Program-made: the position numbers and the translations under genes
In this document: positions 12,311 through 24,032 of the stretch, piece after piece
How positions within the stretch are numbered: the stretch's first letter is position 1
Layout: every line of letters starts with the position of its first letter
The notes under the pieces: generated by a model
What the model was told of the DNA's origin: nothing
Database searches by the model: none
The model's input: the letters and a program-made list of their open reading frames with translations, nothing else
DNA from: Malacoraja senta
Lineage: Eukaryota
Direction of reading: 5' to 3'
DNA: 44,648 nucleotides
Assembly (NCBI GenBank): GCA_038087875.1
Contig: JAXLNO010005914.1
Span: forward strand, 1 to 44,648

Positions 12311-14170
12311 CAATTTATCTTTCAAAACTGGTGTATTTCCATGTAAAATGAAAACTGCCAAAGTCATCCCACTATACAAAGCTGGAGACAGAAATCAATT
12401 TACAAATTACAGGCCGGTGTCGTTACTCTCTCAGTTCTAAAAAATATTAGAACAACTGTATGTAAGTAGATTAGATAACTTTATCGAGAAGCACGAATTG
12501 CTAGTTAATAGTCAATATGGATTCAGGTCAAACAGATCGACATCCATGGCATTAATGGAGTTAATTGAAGACATTACCAGTTCTATAGATAACAAGAAAT
12601 ATGCAGTGGGTGTATTTATAGATTTGAAAAAAAGCATTCGATACAATTGATCATCATTTGCTAATCAAAAAACTGGAAAAGTATAGAATCAGAGGGGTTG
12701 TACTAGAGTGGATGAGAAGCTACATAAGTAAAAGACATCAGTTTGTGCAAATAGGGGACTGCAAATCAACATGCTTAGAAATAACTTGTGGAGTCCCACA
12801 GGGGTCGGTTTTGGGCGCCAAATTATTTATTTTGTATATTAATGATATATGTAGGGTGTCAAACCTCTTGGAATTTGTGTTATTTGCAGATGACACTAAT
12901 ATTTTCTGTGATGGGGACAATTTGCAGCAGCTTTTGGAGGTGGTCACAGCAGAAATGAGTAAACTGTAAAACATGGTTTGATTTGAATAAATTATCATTA
13001 AATTTAAACAAAACCAAACTTATGCCGTTTGGAAAACGCAAAATAAATACACAAGTAAAAGTAATGATAAATAATGTGAAATAGAAAGAGTGTATGAAAA
13101 TAAATTTCTGGGTGTGATTCTTGATCACAAAATCTGCTGGAAACCCCATGTAAAACATGTGAGAGCAAAAGTAGCACGGAGTATTGGAGTGATGGGAAAG
13201 CAAGGCATGTTTTGAATGAGAGAGCATTGTATATTCTGTACAGCTCACTTGTGTTACCGTATTTAAATTACTGTGTGGAAGTATGGGGCAACACCTACAA
13301 AACCACCTTACAATCACTAAGCACACTACAAAAAAAGAACTATTCGTATGGTAAACAATGTAGGATATCATGAACACACCAATATACTGTATTTAAAATT
13401 ACACACTTTAAAGATTAAGGATCTGGTAGAATTTAAGACTGCACAATTAATTTATAAAGCAAAAAATAAACTGCTACCTGTAAACATACAAAAACTGTTC
13501 AGAGACAGAGAGGGGGGTTATAACTTTAGAGGGAAACTAAACTTGAAACAGCATTATGCTCGGACCAATTTAAAAAGTATGTGTATTTCCATTTGTGGGG
13601 TGGTTTTGTGGAATGGTCTTGACGAAACGATTAAACAAAGTATGAATATAATGCAATTAAAAAAAATGTACAAAAGATATATCTTTGAAAAGTACAGTAA
13701 TGAGGAAGGAGAATGTAAATCTCACAGATGTTAATGGTGCTTGTTCTTTGTGTTCTTTTCTTTTTTTAAATTCTTTTTTTCTTAATAGCTTGATTGGAGT
13801 AGTTTATTTGAATTGTCTGTTTATTTTACTTTATTGAATTTTGCATTTGTTAATGGTGAAGAATGGGGTTAGGACTTGACAACCATAGGCTTCTTCCTAT
13901 CCCTTTTCGAACGAGTCTAATGTGTATTATGTTGAAATTGGCTTTTGATTTTTTAATTTATGTATGTGCGTGTGTGTTGTGTATATATGTGTGTGTGTAT
14001 GTGTGTGTATATGTACATGTATATGTATGTATGTGTGTATGTGTTTGTGCATGTATATATGTATGTGTATGGTTTTCCTTTGTTTATTGTTCATTATCAT
14101 CTTTTCTTTTCTTCTTTTTTGATCGTTCGAAATAAAAAAAATAAAAAAATAAAAAAAAATAAAAAAAAAT
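12311..14170 (+). mobile_element. 5'-truncated L2/Crack-clade LINE inserted in CR1-B RT
   Basis: NYRPVSLL, QYGFR, FIDLKKAFDTI, VPQGSVLG, LFADDTNIFC motifs; (TG/TA)n in the 3'UTR; A-rich tail at 14150-14170; CR1-B reads NEVD|FQSL across the site. Confidence 0.85.
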
Positions 14171-14591
14171 TCTACTTCATTAACCACAACACCACCTATC
14201 TTAGTATTATCTGCATACTTACTAATCCAATTTTCCACACATCATCCAGATCATTGATGTACATGACAAACAACAGTGGACCCAACACAGACCCCCGAGG
14301 CACCCCACTAGTCACCGGCCTCCAACCTGACCAACAGCCATCCACCATTACTCTCTGGCATCTCCCATTCAGCCACTGTTGAATCCGTCTTGCTACTCCA
14401 CCATTAATACGCAACAATTGAATCTTCTTAACCAACCTTCCATGAGGAACCTTGTCAAAGGCCTTACTGAAGTCCATATAGACAACATCCATTGCTTTAC
14501 CCTCATCAATTTCCCTAGTAACCTCTTCGAAAAATTCAAGAAGATTAGTCAAACATGACCTTCCAGGCACAAATCCATGTTGACTGTTCTT

Positions 14592-14957
14592 TTTTTTTTT
14601 TTTTTTTGAAAATATTTTTTATTGGAGATAAGTACATAACATATTAACATCATTACCAGTCTTGCATTTTAAATTGATAATATTGTCAATTATTATTACA
14701 TTGTCTCCAATACCTTTTGCCTTTTTTTGTTTTTTTTATACTAGATTGAACTAAAAAGATAGATGAAGTAAAGAAAGGAAAGAGAGAGAAGGAAAAAAAG
14801 GAAAAAAAAAGAAAAAAAAGAAAACAGAAAAGAAAAAGTTAGTTGAAGAAGAATGGAAAAATGTATTAAGATAAAAAACATCGTTCGAGATATATTCATA
14901 CATTTCAGAGTATAACATTTCATCCATTTTTTAGCCCGAGTGTTAGTCAGGTTCTAA
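14592..14957 (-). mobile_element. Poly(A)-tailed 366-bp retroposed 3'-end fragment (L1/Tx1-type insertion)
   Basis: 16-bp TSD CATGTTGACTGTTCTT (14576-14591, 14958-14973); on minus, AATAAA followed by an ~18-nt A tail; target TT|AAGAA. Confidence 0.8.
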
Positions 14958-16969
14958 CATGTTGACTGTTCTTAATCAGTCCCTGTTTATCCAGATGCTT
15001 ATATATATTATCTCTAAGTATCCTTTCCATTAATTTGCCCACCACTGACGTCAAACTAACAGGTCTATAATTCCTAGGTTTACTCTTAGAACCCTTTTTA
15101 AACAACGGAACAACATGCGCAGTACGCCAATCCTCCGGCACTATTCCCGTTTCTAAGGACATTTGAAATATTTCTGTCATAGCCCCTGCTATTTCGACAC
15201 TAACTTCCCTCAATGTCCTAGGGAATATCCTGTCAGGACCTGGAGACTTATCCGTTTTCATATTTTTCAAAGTGTCCGCACCTCCTCTTCTTTGAATCTC
15301 ATAGTTTCCATTGCTACTCTGCTCGTTTCCCTTACCTCACATAATTCAATATCCTTCTCCTAGGTGAATACCGAAGAAAAGAAATTGTTCAATATCTCCC
15401 CCATCTCTTTTGGCTCTGCAGATAGCTGTCCACCATGACTCTCTAATGGACCAATATTATTCCTTGTTATCCTTTTGCTATTAATATAGCTGTAGAAACA
15501 CTTTGGGTTTACTTTCACCTTACTTGCCAAAGCAACCTCATATCTTCTTTTAGCTTTTCTAATTTATTTCTTAATATTCTTTTTACATTCTTTATACTAC
15601 TGCAGCACCTCATTTAATATATGCCGCCTATAATAATTGTAGATCTCTCTCTTTTTCCGAACCAAGTATCCAATTTCCCTTGAAAACCATGGCTCTTTCC
15701 AATTTTTACTATTTCCTTTCAACCGAACAGGGACATAAAGATTCTGTACTCTTAAAATGTCACCTTTAAATGTCCTCCATTTCTCTTCTACATCCTTCCC
15801 ATAAAACAACATGCCCCAATTCACTCCTTGTAAATCCTTTCGCATCTCCTCAAAGTTAGCCTTTCTCCAGTCAAAAATCTCAACCTTAGGTCCAGTTCTG
15901 ACCCTCTCCATAACTATATTCAAACTAATGGTATTGTGATCACTGGACCCAAAGTGCTCCCCAACGCATACCTCCGCCACCTGCCCTGTCTCATTTCCTA
16001 ACAGGAGGTCCAGCACTGCCCCTTCTCTTGTAGGTACGTCTATGTATTGCTGCAAAAAAATATCCTGCACACATTTTACAAACTCCAAACCATCCATCCC
16101 TTTTACAGAATGTGTTTCCCAGTCTATGTGTGGGAAATTGAAATCTCCCACAATCACCACCTTGTGCTTACTACTAATATCTGCTATCTCCTTACATATT
16201 TGCTCTTCCAATTCTCGCTCTCCATTAGGCGGTCTATAATACACCCCTATAAGTGTTGCTACCCCTTTCCCATTTCTCAGTTCCACCCAAATAGCCTCCC
16301 TAGACGAGCCCTCTAATCTATCCTGCCAAAGCACTGTTGTAATATCTTACTTGACAAGCAATGCAACACCCCCACCTCTTGCCCCTCCAACTCTATCACA
16401 CCTAAAGGAACAAAATCCTGGAATATTTAGTTTCCACTCACAGCCCTCCTGCAACCTTGTTTCACTGAACGCCACAACATCATACTTCCAGGTGTCAATC
16501 CAGGCTCTAAGCTCATCCACCTTTCCTACATTGCTCCTAGCATTAAAATATACACATTTAAGAAACCCACCACCTCTTATTCTCTGTTTATTATCTTTTT
16601 CTTCTTTCTCCCCTACATTTTGGGTCTGAGTCCTTCCCTTCTCTGCCTCCTGCCTCACACCCTGACTACTAGCTTTCCCTATTCGGGTCCCTCCCCCCAA
16701 CTGTTCTAGTTTAAAGTCTACCCAGTTGCCTTTGCAAATCTCCCCGCCAGGATATTGGTCCCCCTCGGGTTCAAGTGCAACCCATCCTTTTTGTATAGGT
16801 CACACTTTCCCCAAAAGAGGTCCCAATGATCCAGAAACTTGAATCCCTGCCCACTGCACCCGTCCCTCAGCCACGCATTTATCCTCCACCTCATTCCATT
16901 CCTACTCTCACTGTCACGTGGCACAGGCTGTAATCCTGAGATTGTTATATTTTTGGTCCTTCTCCTTAA

Positions 16970-17817
16970 GGACCAAGATGGCGGATGTGCAGGAGTGGGC
17001 GCCGTTTGTATGGCCGCCTGCCTGCAGTCCGTCCTCTAACTTTTTTATTGTCTAAAACATATTTTTGGAGGTCTATTCTTTCTCTGTGGGGGGGTGGGGA
17101 AACTGTTTCAACTCCAGTCCTACCTGGTCGGAGATGCGGTTTTCCTCCGAGTCGCATCTTCGCTCTCCCCATGCGGCCTTCCATCGGGCTGGGGCGGCGT
17201 TTCCTGCCGGGGACCACAGGTTCGGCGGCGCAGCGCTGGGACACCAGCACGGAGCGGGCGATGCCTTGCCGGGTCACCGCTCCGGAGTGCTGTGACCGCC
17301 GACCACCGGCGTCGGGCGGCCGCGGGCGGCAGTCTGAGGGCGTCCCGCCGCGGGCGGGCGGCGCTGGATCGAGAGCGCCGCGGGGTCGGAGTCGGGGCTC
17401 CGGCCGGCGCGGCCTGAAGACTGCGGGCGTCGCGGTCTCCGGGGGGGAGCGGCCCCTCCGGACACTTCCAGGGCCGCTGGGGACTTTCGGCCCGGTGCCG
17501 GTGTTCCAGCTTCCCGGCGGGTGGGTCTGCAGCGTCGGGCTGCCGTTGCGGCGGCTGGCTGCGGAGCCCTCGGACTGGCCCCGATCTCGGGTGGACTGGG
17601 AGGAGGACTGGACATTTTGGTGCCTTTCCCTCACAGTGGAGAGTGTCGACTCTGCTGTGGAGGGATGTTCATGTTGAATCTCTAAATAGGGTGTCGTGTC
17701 TTTTTTATTCTACCTTTTTATTTTTATTTATATGGTTAATTGTCTGTGAAGCGCTTTGGTTTCAGTAATCTGATTGAAAGGCGCTATATAAATAAACTTA
17801 CTTTACTTTACTTTACT
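16970..17817 (+). mobile_element. ~850-bp GC-rich non-coding element with an L2-type 3' tail, inserted in CR1-B ORF1
   Basis: Flanked by TTAA (16966-16969, 17818-17821). Starts GGACCAAGATGGCGG and ends TGTGAAGCGCTTTG...AAAGGCGCTATATAAATAAA(CTTTA)n. CR1 ORF1 reads GGEL|RRRTK once it is removed. Confidence 0.8.
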
Positions 17818-18444
17818 TTAACTCTCCTCCCAACTCCCTAAATTCTCCTTTCAGGACCTCTTCTCTCTTTCTGCCTATGTCATTGGTATCTATATGTACC
17901 ACAACCTCAGGCTCCTCTCCCTCCCATTTCAGGATATCTTGGACGCGTTTAGACACATCCATGACCCTGGCACCAGGGAGGCAAACTACCATCCGGGTCT
18001 CCTGACTGCGTCCACAGAATCGCCTATATGACCCCCTAACTATAGAGTCCCCTATTACTATTGCCCTCCTCTTCTTTTCCCTACCCTTCTGAGCAACAGG
18101 GCCGGTCTCTGTACCGGAGGCCCGGCCGCTGTCGCTACCCCCAGATAGGCTGTCCCCCCCAACCGTACTCAAACATGAGTACTTATTGTCAAGGTGTACA
18201 GCCACCGGGGTACTCACTAGTCCTTGCCTCTGCCTCTTGCCCTTCCTAACAGTGACCCACTTGTCTGCTCCCGTGGTCTTGGAGAGACCACCTCCCTATA
18301 ACTCCTCTCTATGACCTCCTCACTCTCCCTGATCAGACAGAGGTCATCGAGCTGCTGCTCCAGGTGCCTAACACGGTCCCTTAGGAGCCCCATCTGGACA
18401 CACCTGGTGCAGATGTGGACGTCTGGAGGGGTATCAGACTCCAT

Positions 18445-19982
18445 TTTAATTTTTATTTTTATTTATTTATTTATTCCGAACAAATAAAGACATTAAAGAC
18501 ATTAATATTAACAAAATCGAAATTATCAAACAATTGGACATTACAATCAATATTTACAAAGCAATGAGAAGAACAAAATCAAAGTTCCAATGTCCAACTC
18601 TGTGTCTGTACAAGCTCGAAAAGGAGTGAGAAGAAGAATAACTTATTAAATCTCACCCCTTTTCCCCAACACTTCTATCATATTTAAAAATCAATTAATT
18701 ACTAATAATAATACTATCCTAGGCAATTTCCCATAATACCTACAGACATATACATACATACAACTATTATGTACATACAAACTTCATATCTGAAGTACCC
18801 AAACATAAGTAAACAATAGCAAAGCAAGATAAACTTCACCCCCCACTTGTCAACCATCCCCTCCATCCCTGTACCCCTTGAGAATTATTTTTTTATATAT
18901 CATTTTAAAATGATTCTTGTTTGTGCATTGCTTCAATTCCCCGTTCAATTTATTCCACACTCTTACTCCACAAACCAAAATACAAAAGGTTTTTCTAGTC
19001 GTACGGACTTTTTGTTTCTTAAAGTTAAATATTCCTCTTAAATTGTAACCCCCCACACGCTCGTTAAATAATTTTTGAATGTTTCCAGGTAAATGTTTAT
19101 TTTTGGCCCTAAACATTATCTGAGCTGTTTTGAATGTGACCAAATCTTCTAATTTTAATAATTTTGACTCTAAAAATAATGGATTCGTATGACCCAGATA
19201 CTTAGCATTATGGATAATACGAATTGCTCTTTTTTGCATCATGGTTAATGAGTGTATCGAATTTTTATAATTATTACCCCAGACTTCTGCACAATAATTT
19301 AAGTAGGGTAAAATTAATGAACAATAAAGAATACGGAGTGATTTGTAATCCAGAGCTTGCTTGGCTTTGTGTAATACAGAGATACTTTTTGACAATTTTA
19401 ATTTTACATGTTTAATATGTGATTTCCAGCTTATTTTATCGTCAATTATAACCCCAAGAAATTTATTTTCATGCACTTTCAACTTCCACCCCATTTATCT
19501 TTATACTTACTAGTGTATTTATTCTACAATTACCAAATAACATTATTTTAGTTTTACTCAGATTTAATGAAATTTTATTCCTATCAAACCATATTTTCAA
19601 TTTACCCATTTCTTTTATTATTTTATCCAATAGCTGTTTTAAATTTTCCCCAGAACAAAAAACATTTGTATCATCTGCAAACAAAACCAGCCTCAAGACA
19701 TTGGACACATTACAAATATCATTTATGTACATGATAAATAATTTTGGGCCCAGCACTGACCCCTGTGGTACACCACACACAATGTCCAAGCATGCAGAAT
19801 TATGACTACCCAGATTTACAAACTGTTGCCTGTTACTTAAGTAGCTTTTAATCTAGTCCAGTACTATTCCTCTAATTCCATACCTTTCCAATTTTTTAAA
19901 TAAAATATCATGTTTAATTGTATCAAATGCTTTTTTTATGTCAATGAATATCCCAGCTGCATATAATTTCTTATCAATGGCG
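18445..19982 (-). mobile_element. 5'-truncated L2/Crack-clade LINE inserted in CR1-B ORF1
   Basis: FIDIKKAFDTI, VPQGSVLGPKLF, LFADDTNVFC motifs; 5-bp TSD TCCAT (18440-18444, 19983-19987); A-rich tail at 18445-18480. Confidence 0.88.
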
Positions 19983-20059
19983 TCCATGACCTCCCACATC
20001 TGACATCCAGAACAGTAAACTGCCCTGGCCCTCATTCTCCCCCCTCTTTCTCCCCCTCT

Positions 20060-20251
20060 TCCATATTGTGTTTTTGATTTTTGTTTTTGGATTTAATTCT
20101 ATCTTTAATTTGTGTACTGGTGATGTCTTTGCTATTTATTTCATTCCGCTTACATGTTTCTACACTATTTGTTAAACTTTGTAAGGCGTCCTTGAGACTT
20201 TTGAAAGGCACCCATGAATAAAATTTATTATTATTATTATTATTATTATTA
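20060..20251 (+). mobile_element. L2-type LINE 3'-end fragment with (TAT)n tail in the CR1-B 5'UTR
   Basis: TGTAAGGCGTCCTTGAG...TGAAAGGCACC...AATAAAAT(TAT)n. Confidence 0.6.
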
Positions 20252-20343
20252 ATACAAAGCCGTACCATGGATACAATACAAAGCCTTACCCTGGATACAA
20301 TACAAAGCCTTACCCTGGATACAATACAAAGCATTACCCTGGG
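20252..20343 (-). repeat. 24-bp minisatellite (~4 copies) in the CR1-B 5'UTR
   Basis: Plus-strand unit ATACAATACAAAGCCTTACCCTGG. Confidence 0.9.
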
Positions 20344-20433
20344 TACAAGCCAATCAGCGGCTTCCCCTAGTCCGTTTCCACCAATCAGTGGCTTCCTCAA
20401 GCCCACTTAATTTGAAGTGTGAACTGCGGATGG

Positions 20434-21942
20434 AATACACCAGGTGTGGTCTCACCAGGGCCCTGTACAACTGCAGAAGGACCTCTTTGCTCCTATACTC
20501 AACTCCTCTTGTTATGAAGGCCAACAGGCCAAAACTGCACACAATACTCCAGGTGTGGTCTCACCAGGGCCCTGTACAACTGCAGAAGGACCTCTTTGCT
20601 CCTATACCCAACTCCTCTTGTTATGAAGGCCAACAGGCCAAAACTGCACACAATACTACAGGTGTGGTCTTACCAGGGCCCTGTACAACTGCAGAAGAAC
20701 CTCTTTGCTCATATACTTAACTCATCTTGTTATGAAGGCCAACAGGCCAAAACTGCACACAATACTCCAGGTGTGGTATCATCAGGGCCCTGTACAACTG
20801 CAGAAGGATGTCTTTGCTCCTATACACAACTCCTCTTGTTATGAAGGCCAACAGGCCAAAACTGCACACAATACTCCAGGTGTGGTCTCACCAGGGCCCT
20901 GTACAACTGCAGAAGGACCTCTTTGCTCCTATACTCAACTCCTCTTGTTATGAAGGCCAACAGGCCAAAACTGCACACAATACTCCAGGTGTGGTCTCAC
21001 CAGGGCCCTGTACAACTGCAGAAGGACCTCTTTGCTCCTATACATAACCCTCTTGTAATGAAGGCCAACAGGCCAAAACTGCACACAATACTCCAGGTGT
21101 GATATCATCAGGGCCCTGTACAACTGCAGAAGGACGTCTTTGCTCCTATATACAACTCCTCTTGTTATGAAGGCCAACAGGCTAAAACTGCACACAATAC
21201 TCCAGGTGTGGTCTCACCAGGGCCCTGTACAACTGCAGGACCTCTTTGCTCCTATACTCTACTCCTCTTGTTATGAAGGCCAACAGGCCAAAACTGCACA
21301 CAATACTCCAGGTGTGGTCTCACCGGGGCCCTGTACAACTGCAGAAGGACCTCTTTGCTCCTATACTAAACTCCTCTTGTTATGAAGGCCAACAGGCCAA
21401 AACTGCACACAATACTCCAGGTGTGGTCGCACCAGGGACCTGTACAACTGCAGAGGACCTCTTAGCTCCTATACTCAACTCCTCTTGTTATGAAGGCCAA
21501 CAGGCCAAAACTGCACACAATACTCCAGGTGTGGTCTCACCAGGGCCCTGTACTACTGCAGAAGGACCTCTTTGCTCCTATACTCAACTCCTCTTGTTAT
21601 GAAGGCCAACAGGCCAAATCTGTACACCATACTCCAGGTGTGGTCTCACCAGGGCCCTGTACAACTGCAGACGGACCTCTTTGCTCCTATACTCAACTCC
21701 TCTTGTTGTGAAGGCCAACAGGACAAAACTGTACACAATACTTCAGGTGTCGTCTCACCAGGGCCATGTACAACTGCAGAAGGACCTCTTTGCTCCTATA
21801 CAAAATGTAAAGCACTTTGGCCAACGAGAGTTGTTTTTTTAAATGAGCTATATAAATAAATGTGACTTGACTTGACTTGATACTCAACTCCTATTGTTAT
21901 GAAGGCCAACAGACCAAAACTGCACACCATACTCCAGGTGTG
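20434..21942 (-). repeat. Tandem array of a 109-bp unit derived from CR1 ORF2 (at least 13 units, runs into a gap)
   Basis: GAAGGCCAAC recurs at 20516, 20625, 20734, 20843, 20952, 21060, 21169, 21275, 21384, 21492, 21601, 21710 and 21901. The unit encodes [34 protein letters not shown] on minus. Confidence 0.95.
21801..21879 (+). mobile_element. ~80-bp L2-type 3' tail inserted into one array unit
   Basis: TGTAAAGCACTTTG...CTATATAAATAAATG(TGACT)n interrupts the unit at CCTATA|CTCAAC. Confidence 0.7.
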
Positions 21943-22125
21943 NNNNNNNNNNNNNNNNNNNNNNNNNNNNNNNNNNNNNNNNNNNNNNNNNNNNNNNNNN
22001 NNNNNNNNNNNNNNNNNNNNNNNNNNNNNNNNNNNNNNNNNNNNNNNNNNNNNNNNNNNNNNNNNNNNNNNNNNNNNNNNNNNNNNNNNNNNNNNNNNNN
22101 NNNNNAGGGAGAGGGAGGGAGAGGG

Positions 22126-22290
22126 TGAGAGAGGGGGAGAGAGAGGGGGGAGAGAGAGGGGAGCGGGGGAATGAGGGGGAGAGAGAGGGGGGGAGAGAGA
22201 GGGGGAGAGAGAGAGGGGGAGAGAGAGGGGGAGAGACAGGGGATAGAGAGAGAGGGGGAAAGAGAGGGGGGAGAGAGAGAGGGGGAGATA
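22126..22290. repeat. GA-rich low-complexity tract
   Basis: G/A-only runs. Confidence 0.9.
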
Positions 22291-22914
22291 GGTCAGCCAT
22301 GGTTGCAAGGCGGAGTGGACTCGGTAAGTTGGCGATATGCAGAGAACTGCCCTGCTGACTACAAATTCAGAAAGGTCCAATGCAGACAATGCCAAGTGTG
22401 GGCTAGCAGGAGTGAAATGGGCCGATGGGCCTTTTCAGGATGCTCCAGGCTCCCCGCATCCACCTCGTTGTCCCGCAAGGTCGGCTTGGTGACTTTGGGG
22501 GAATTATTGGTGGCAAATGGTTTGGAAATGAGACAGAACCCGGCCTGCAGGGCCACATTAAGTGTGGATATAGTGTGAGTTATAAAGTGTGGGGAACCGC
22601 CTGCGAGCGCCTGTGCATGCTCCCCCTGCTGCATTATAGGGAATGCATGCATCACTGGCTGCATTGCTGCCTCCCCCGCTGCATGGTAGCGCTTTTATCT
22701 TTACCTGCTCTTCACAGCTGCATTCCCGAGGCGCTTCCGGCGGGATGTGGGACGCTTTAGGGCGGCGCACCGGGGCTGGCAAAGCAGGACGGCGGGTCTC
22801 AGGCGTCCGGGGTGGAGGGCGAAACGCCGAATGTTTGTTCCGGGGTGGTTTTGTTGTTGGTTTTTTGGTGCATTGAGGGTCGGGTGGAGAGGAAAAAGGA
22901 GGGGGGTAACGAAG

Positions 22915-23585
22915 GGAGGGAGAGAGGGAGGGAATGTGTGTGAGAGAAAGTTTGGGAGAGTTTTGAGAAAGTTTGGGAGAGTTTTGAAAACTTTTGAGAA
23001 ACTTTTGAGAACGTTTTGTGAAAGTTTTGAAGAGAGAGAGGGAGAGAGAGAGGGGAGAGAGAGGAAGAGAGGGAAGAGAGGGGGGAGGGAGTGAGGAGGA
23101 GGGGAGGAGAGAGGGAAGAGAGGGAATAGAGGGAAGAGAGGGAAAGAGCGATGAGGGAGAGAGGGAGGGAATGAGTGAGAGAAAGTTTGGAACGTTTTGA
23201 GGAAGATTGAGAAAGTTTTGAAAAGTTTTGAGAAACGTTTGAATTTTTGAGATAGTTTTGAAGGCGGAGGGAAGAGAGGGAAAGAGAGAGAGGATGGGTG
23301 TGAGAGAAAGTTTGGGAGAGTTTTGAAAAGTTTTGAGAATAATTTGACAAACTTTTGAGAAAGTTTGAGAAAGTTTTGAAGGGAGAGAGGGAAGAGGAAA
23401 GAGAGGAAAAGAGAGGAAAGAGAGGGAGAGAGGGAAGAGATAGAGGGAGAGGGAAGAGAGGGAAGAAAGGAAAGAGAGGAAAGAGAGGAAAGATAGGAAA
23501 GAGAGGGAGAGAGGGAGAGAGGGAAGAGAGAGAGGGGAGAGAGGGAAGAGAGGGAAGAGAGAGAGAGGGGGGCGAGGGAGAGAGA
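22915..23585. repeat. GA-rich tract interleaved with degenerate GAGAAAGTTTTG units
   Basis: Alternating (GAGAGG)n blocks and GAAAGTTTTGA/GAAAGTTTGGGA blocks. Confidence 0.8.
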
Positions 23586-23610
23586 AGTATTCACCTCTCC
23601 CTCCCTCTCT

Positions 23611-23764
23611 GGTCATCATGATGGCGCAGCGGTAGAGTTGCCGCCTCACGGCGCCAGAGACCCCGGTTCCATCCCGACCACGGGCGCTGTCTGTACGGAG
23701 TTTGCACGTTCTCTCTCCCCTTGACCTGCGTGGGTTTTCTCCGGGTGCTCCGGTTTCCTCCCAT
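23611..23764 (+). mobile_element. tRNA-derived V-SINE (HE1-like), 3'-truncated
   Basis: A-box TGGCGCAGCGG (23622-23632), B-box GGTTCCATCCC (23665-23675), core GTTTGCACGTTCT...GGGTTTTCTCCGGGTGCTCCGGTTTCCTCCCA. Confidence 0.85.
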
Positions 23765-23900
23765 CAGGGCCGGATTTATGTATGAGCCAGACAAGCTTAA
23801 GCTTAGGTCCTCGAGATCTAGGGGGGGCCCGGCCCGCTCCACCAAGGCAGGGGCGGAAAACACGGGGCCCGCTCCACCAAGGTGTACAAAACTTTTGACA
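23765..23900 (+). mobile_element. Possible hAT-type DNA transposon/MITE terminus
   Basis: Begins CAGGGCCGGATTTA exactly where the SINE is cut; the partner terminus was not found. Confidence 0.4.
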
Positions 23901-24032
23901 TAGTGGCGTTGTTACAAAACCTACCATCGTTGGCGTTGTGCTTGTGATTCCGGAGGCTTTGATGTTGGTGGGGGGGGGGAGGTGTGGGTGTGATTAAAAT
24001 GCAGGTGAGATTTATATTTGCTGTGGAGAGGC

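Larger units (their letters stand above)
11435..20433 (-). mobile_element. Full-length degraded CR1 (CR1-B) carrying five younger insertions
   Basis: Collinear pieces on minus: 5'UTR (20252-20433), ORF1 (19983-20035, 17818-18444, ~16715-16969), ORF2 (14958-16600, 14171-14591, to ~11600-12310), and (GGTTATAT)n tail at 11435-11455. Confidence 0.9.

Noticed and set aside
16966-17677. Overlapping 222-230 aa GC-rich ORFs on both strands
   Set aside because: Expected in high-GC sequence; no domain motifs.
16966-17821. TTAA duplication suggesting piggyBac
   Set aside because: There are no terminal inverted repeats, and the 3' end is a LINE-type microsatellite tail.
20434-21942. Regular array as a possible CRISPR or repeat-protein gene
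   Set aside because: There are no unique spacers, the unit is 109 bp (not a multiple of 3) and is CR1 ORF2 sequence, and the context is eukaryotic.
23786-23835. Dense restriction sites (AAGCTT x2, CTCGAG, AGATCT, GGGCCC) suggesting vector polylinker contamination
   Set aside because: They directly follow a hAT-like terminus, there is no other vector sequence, and palindrome-rich subtermini are common in such elements. A UniVec screen would settle it.
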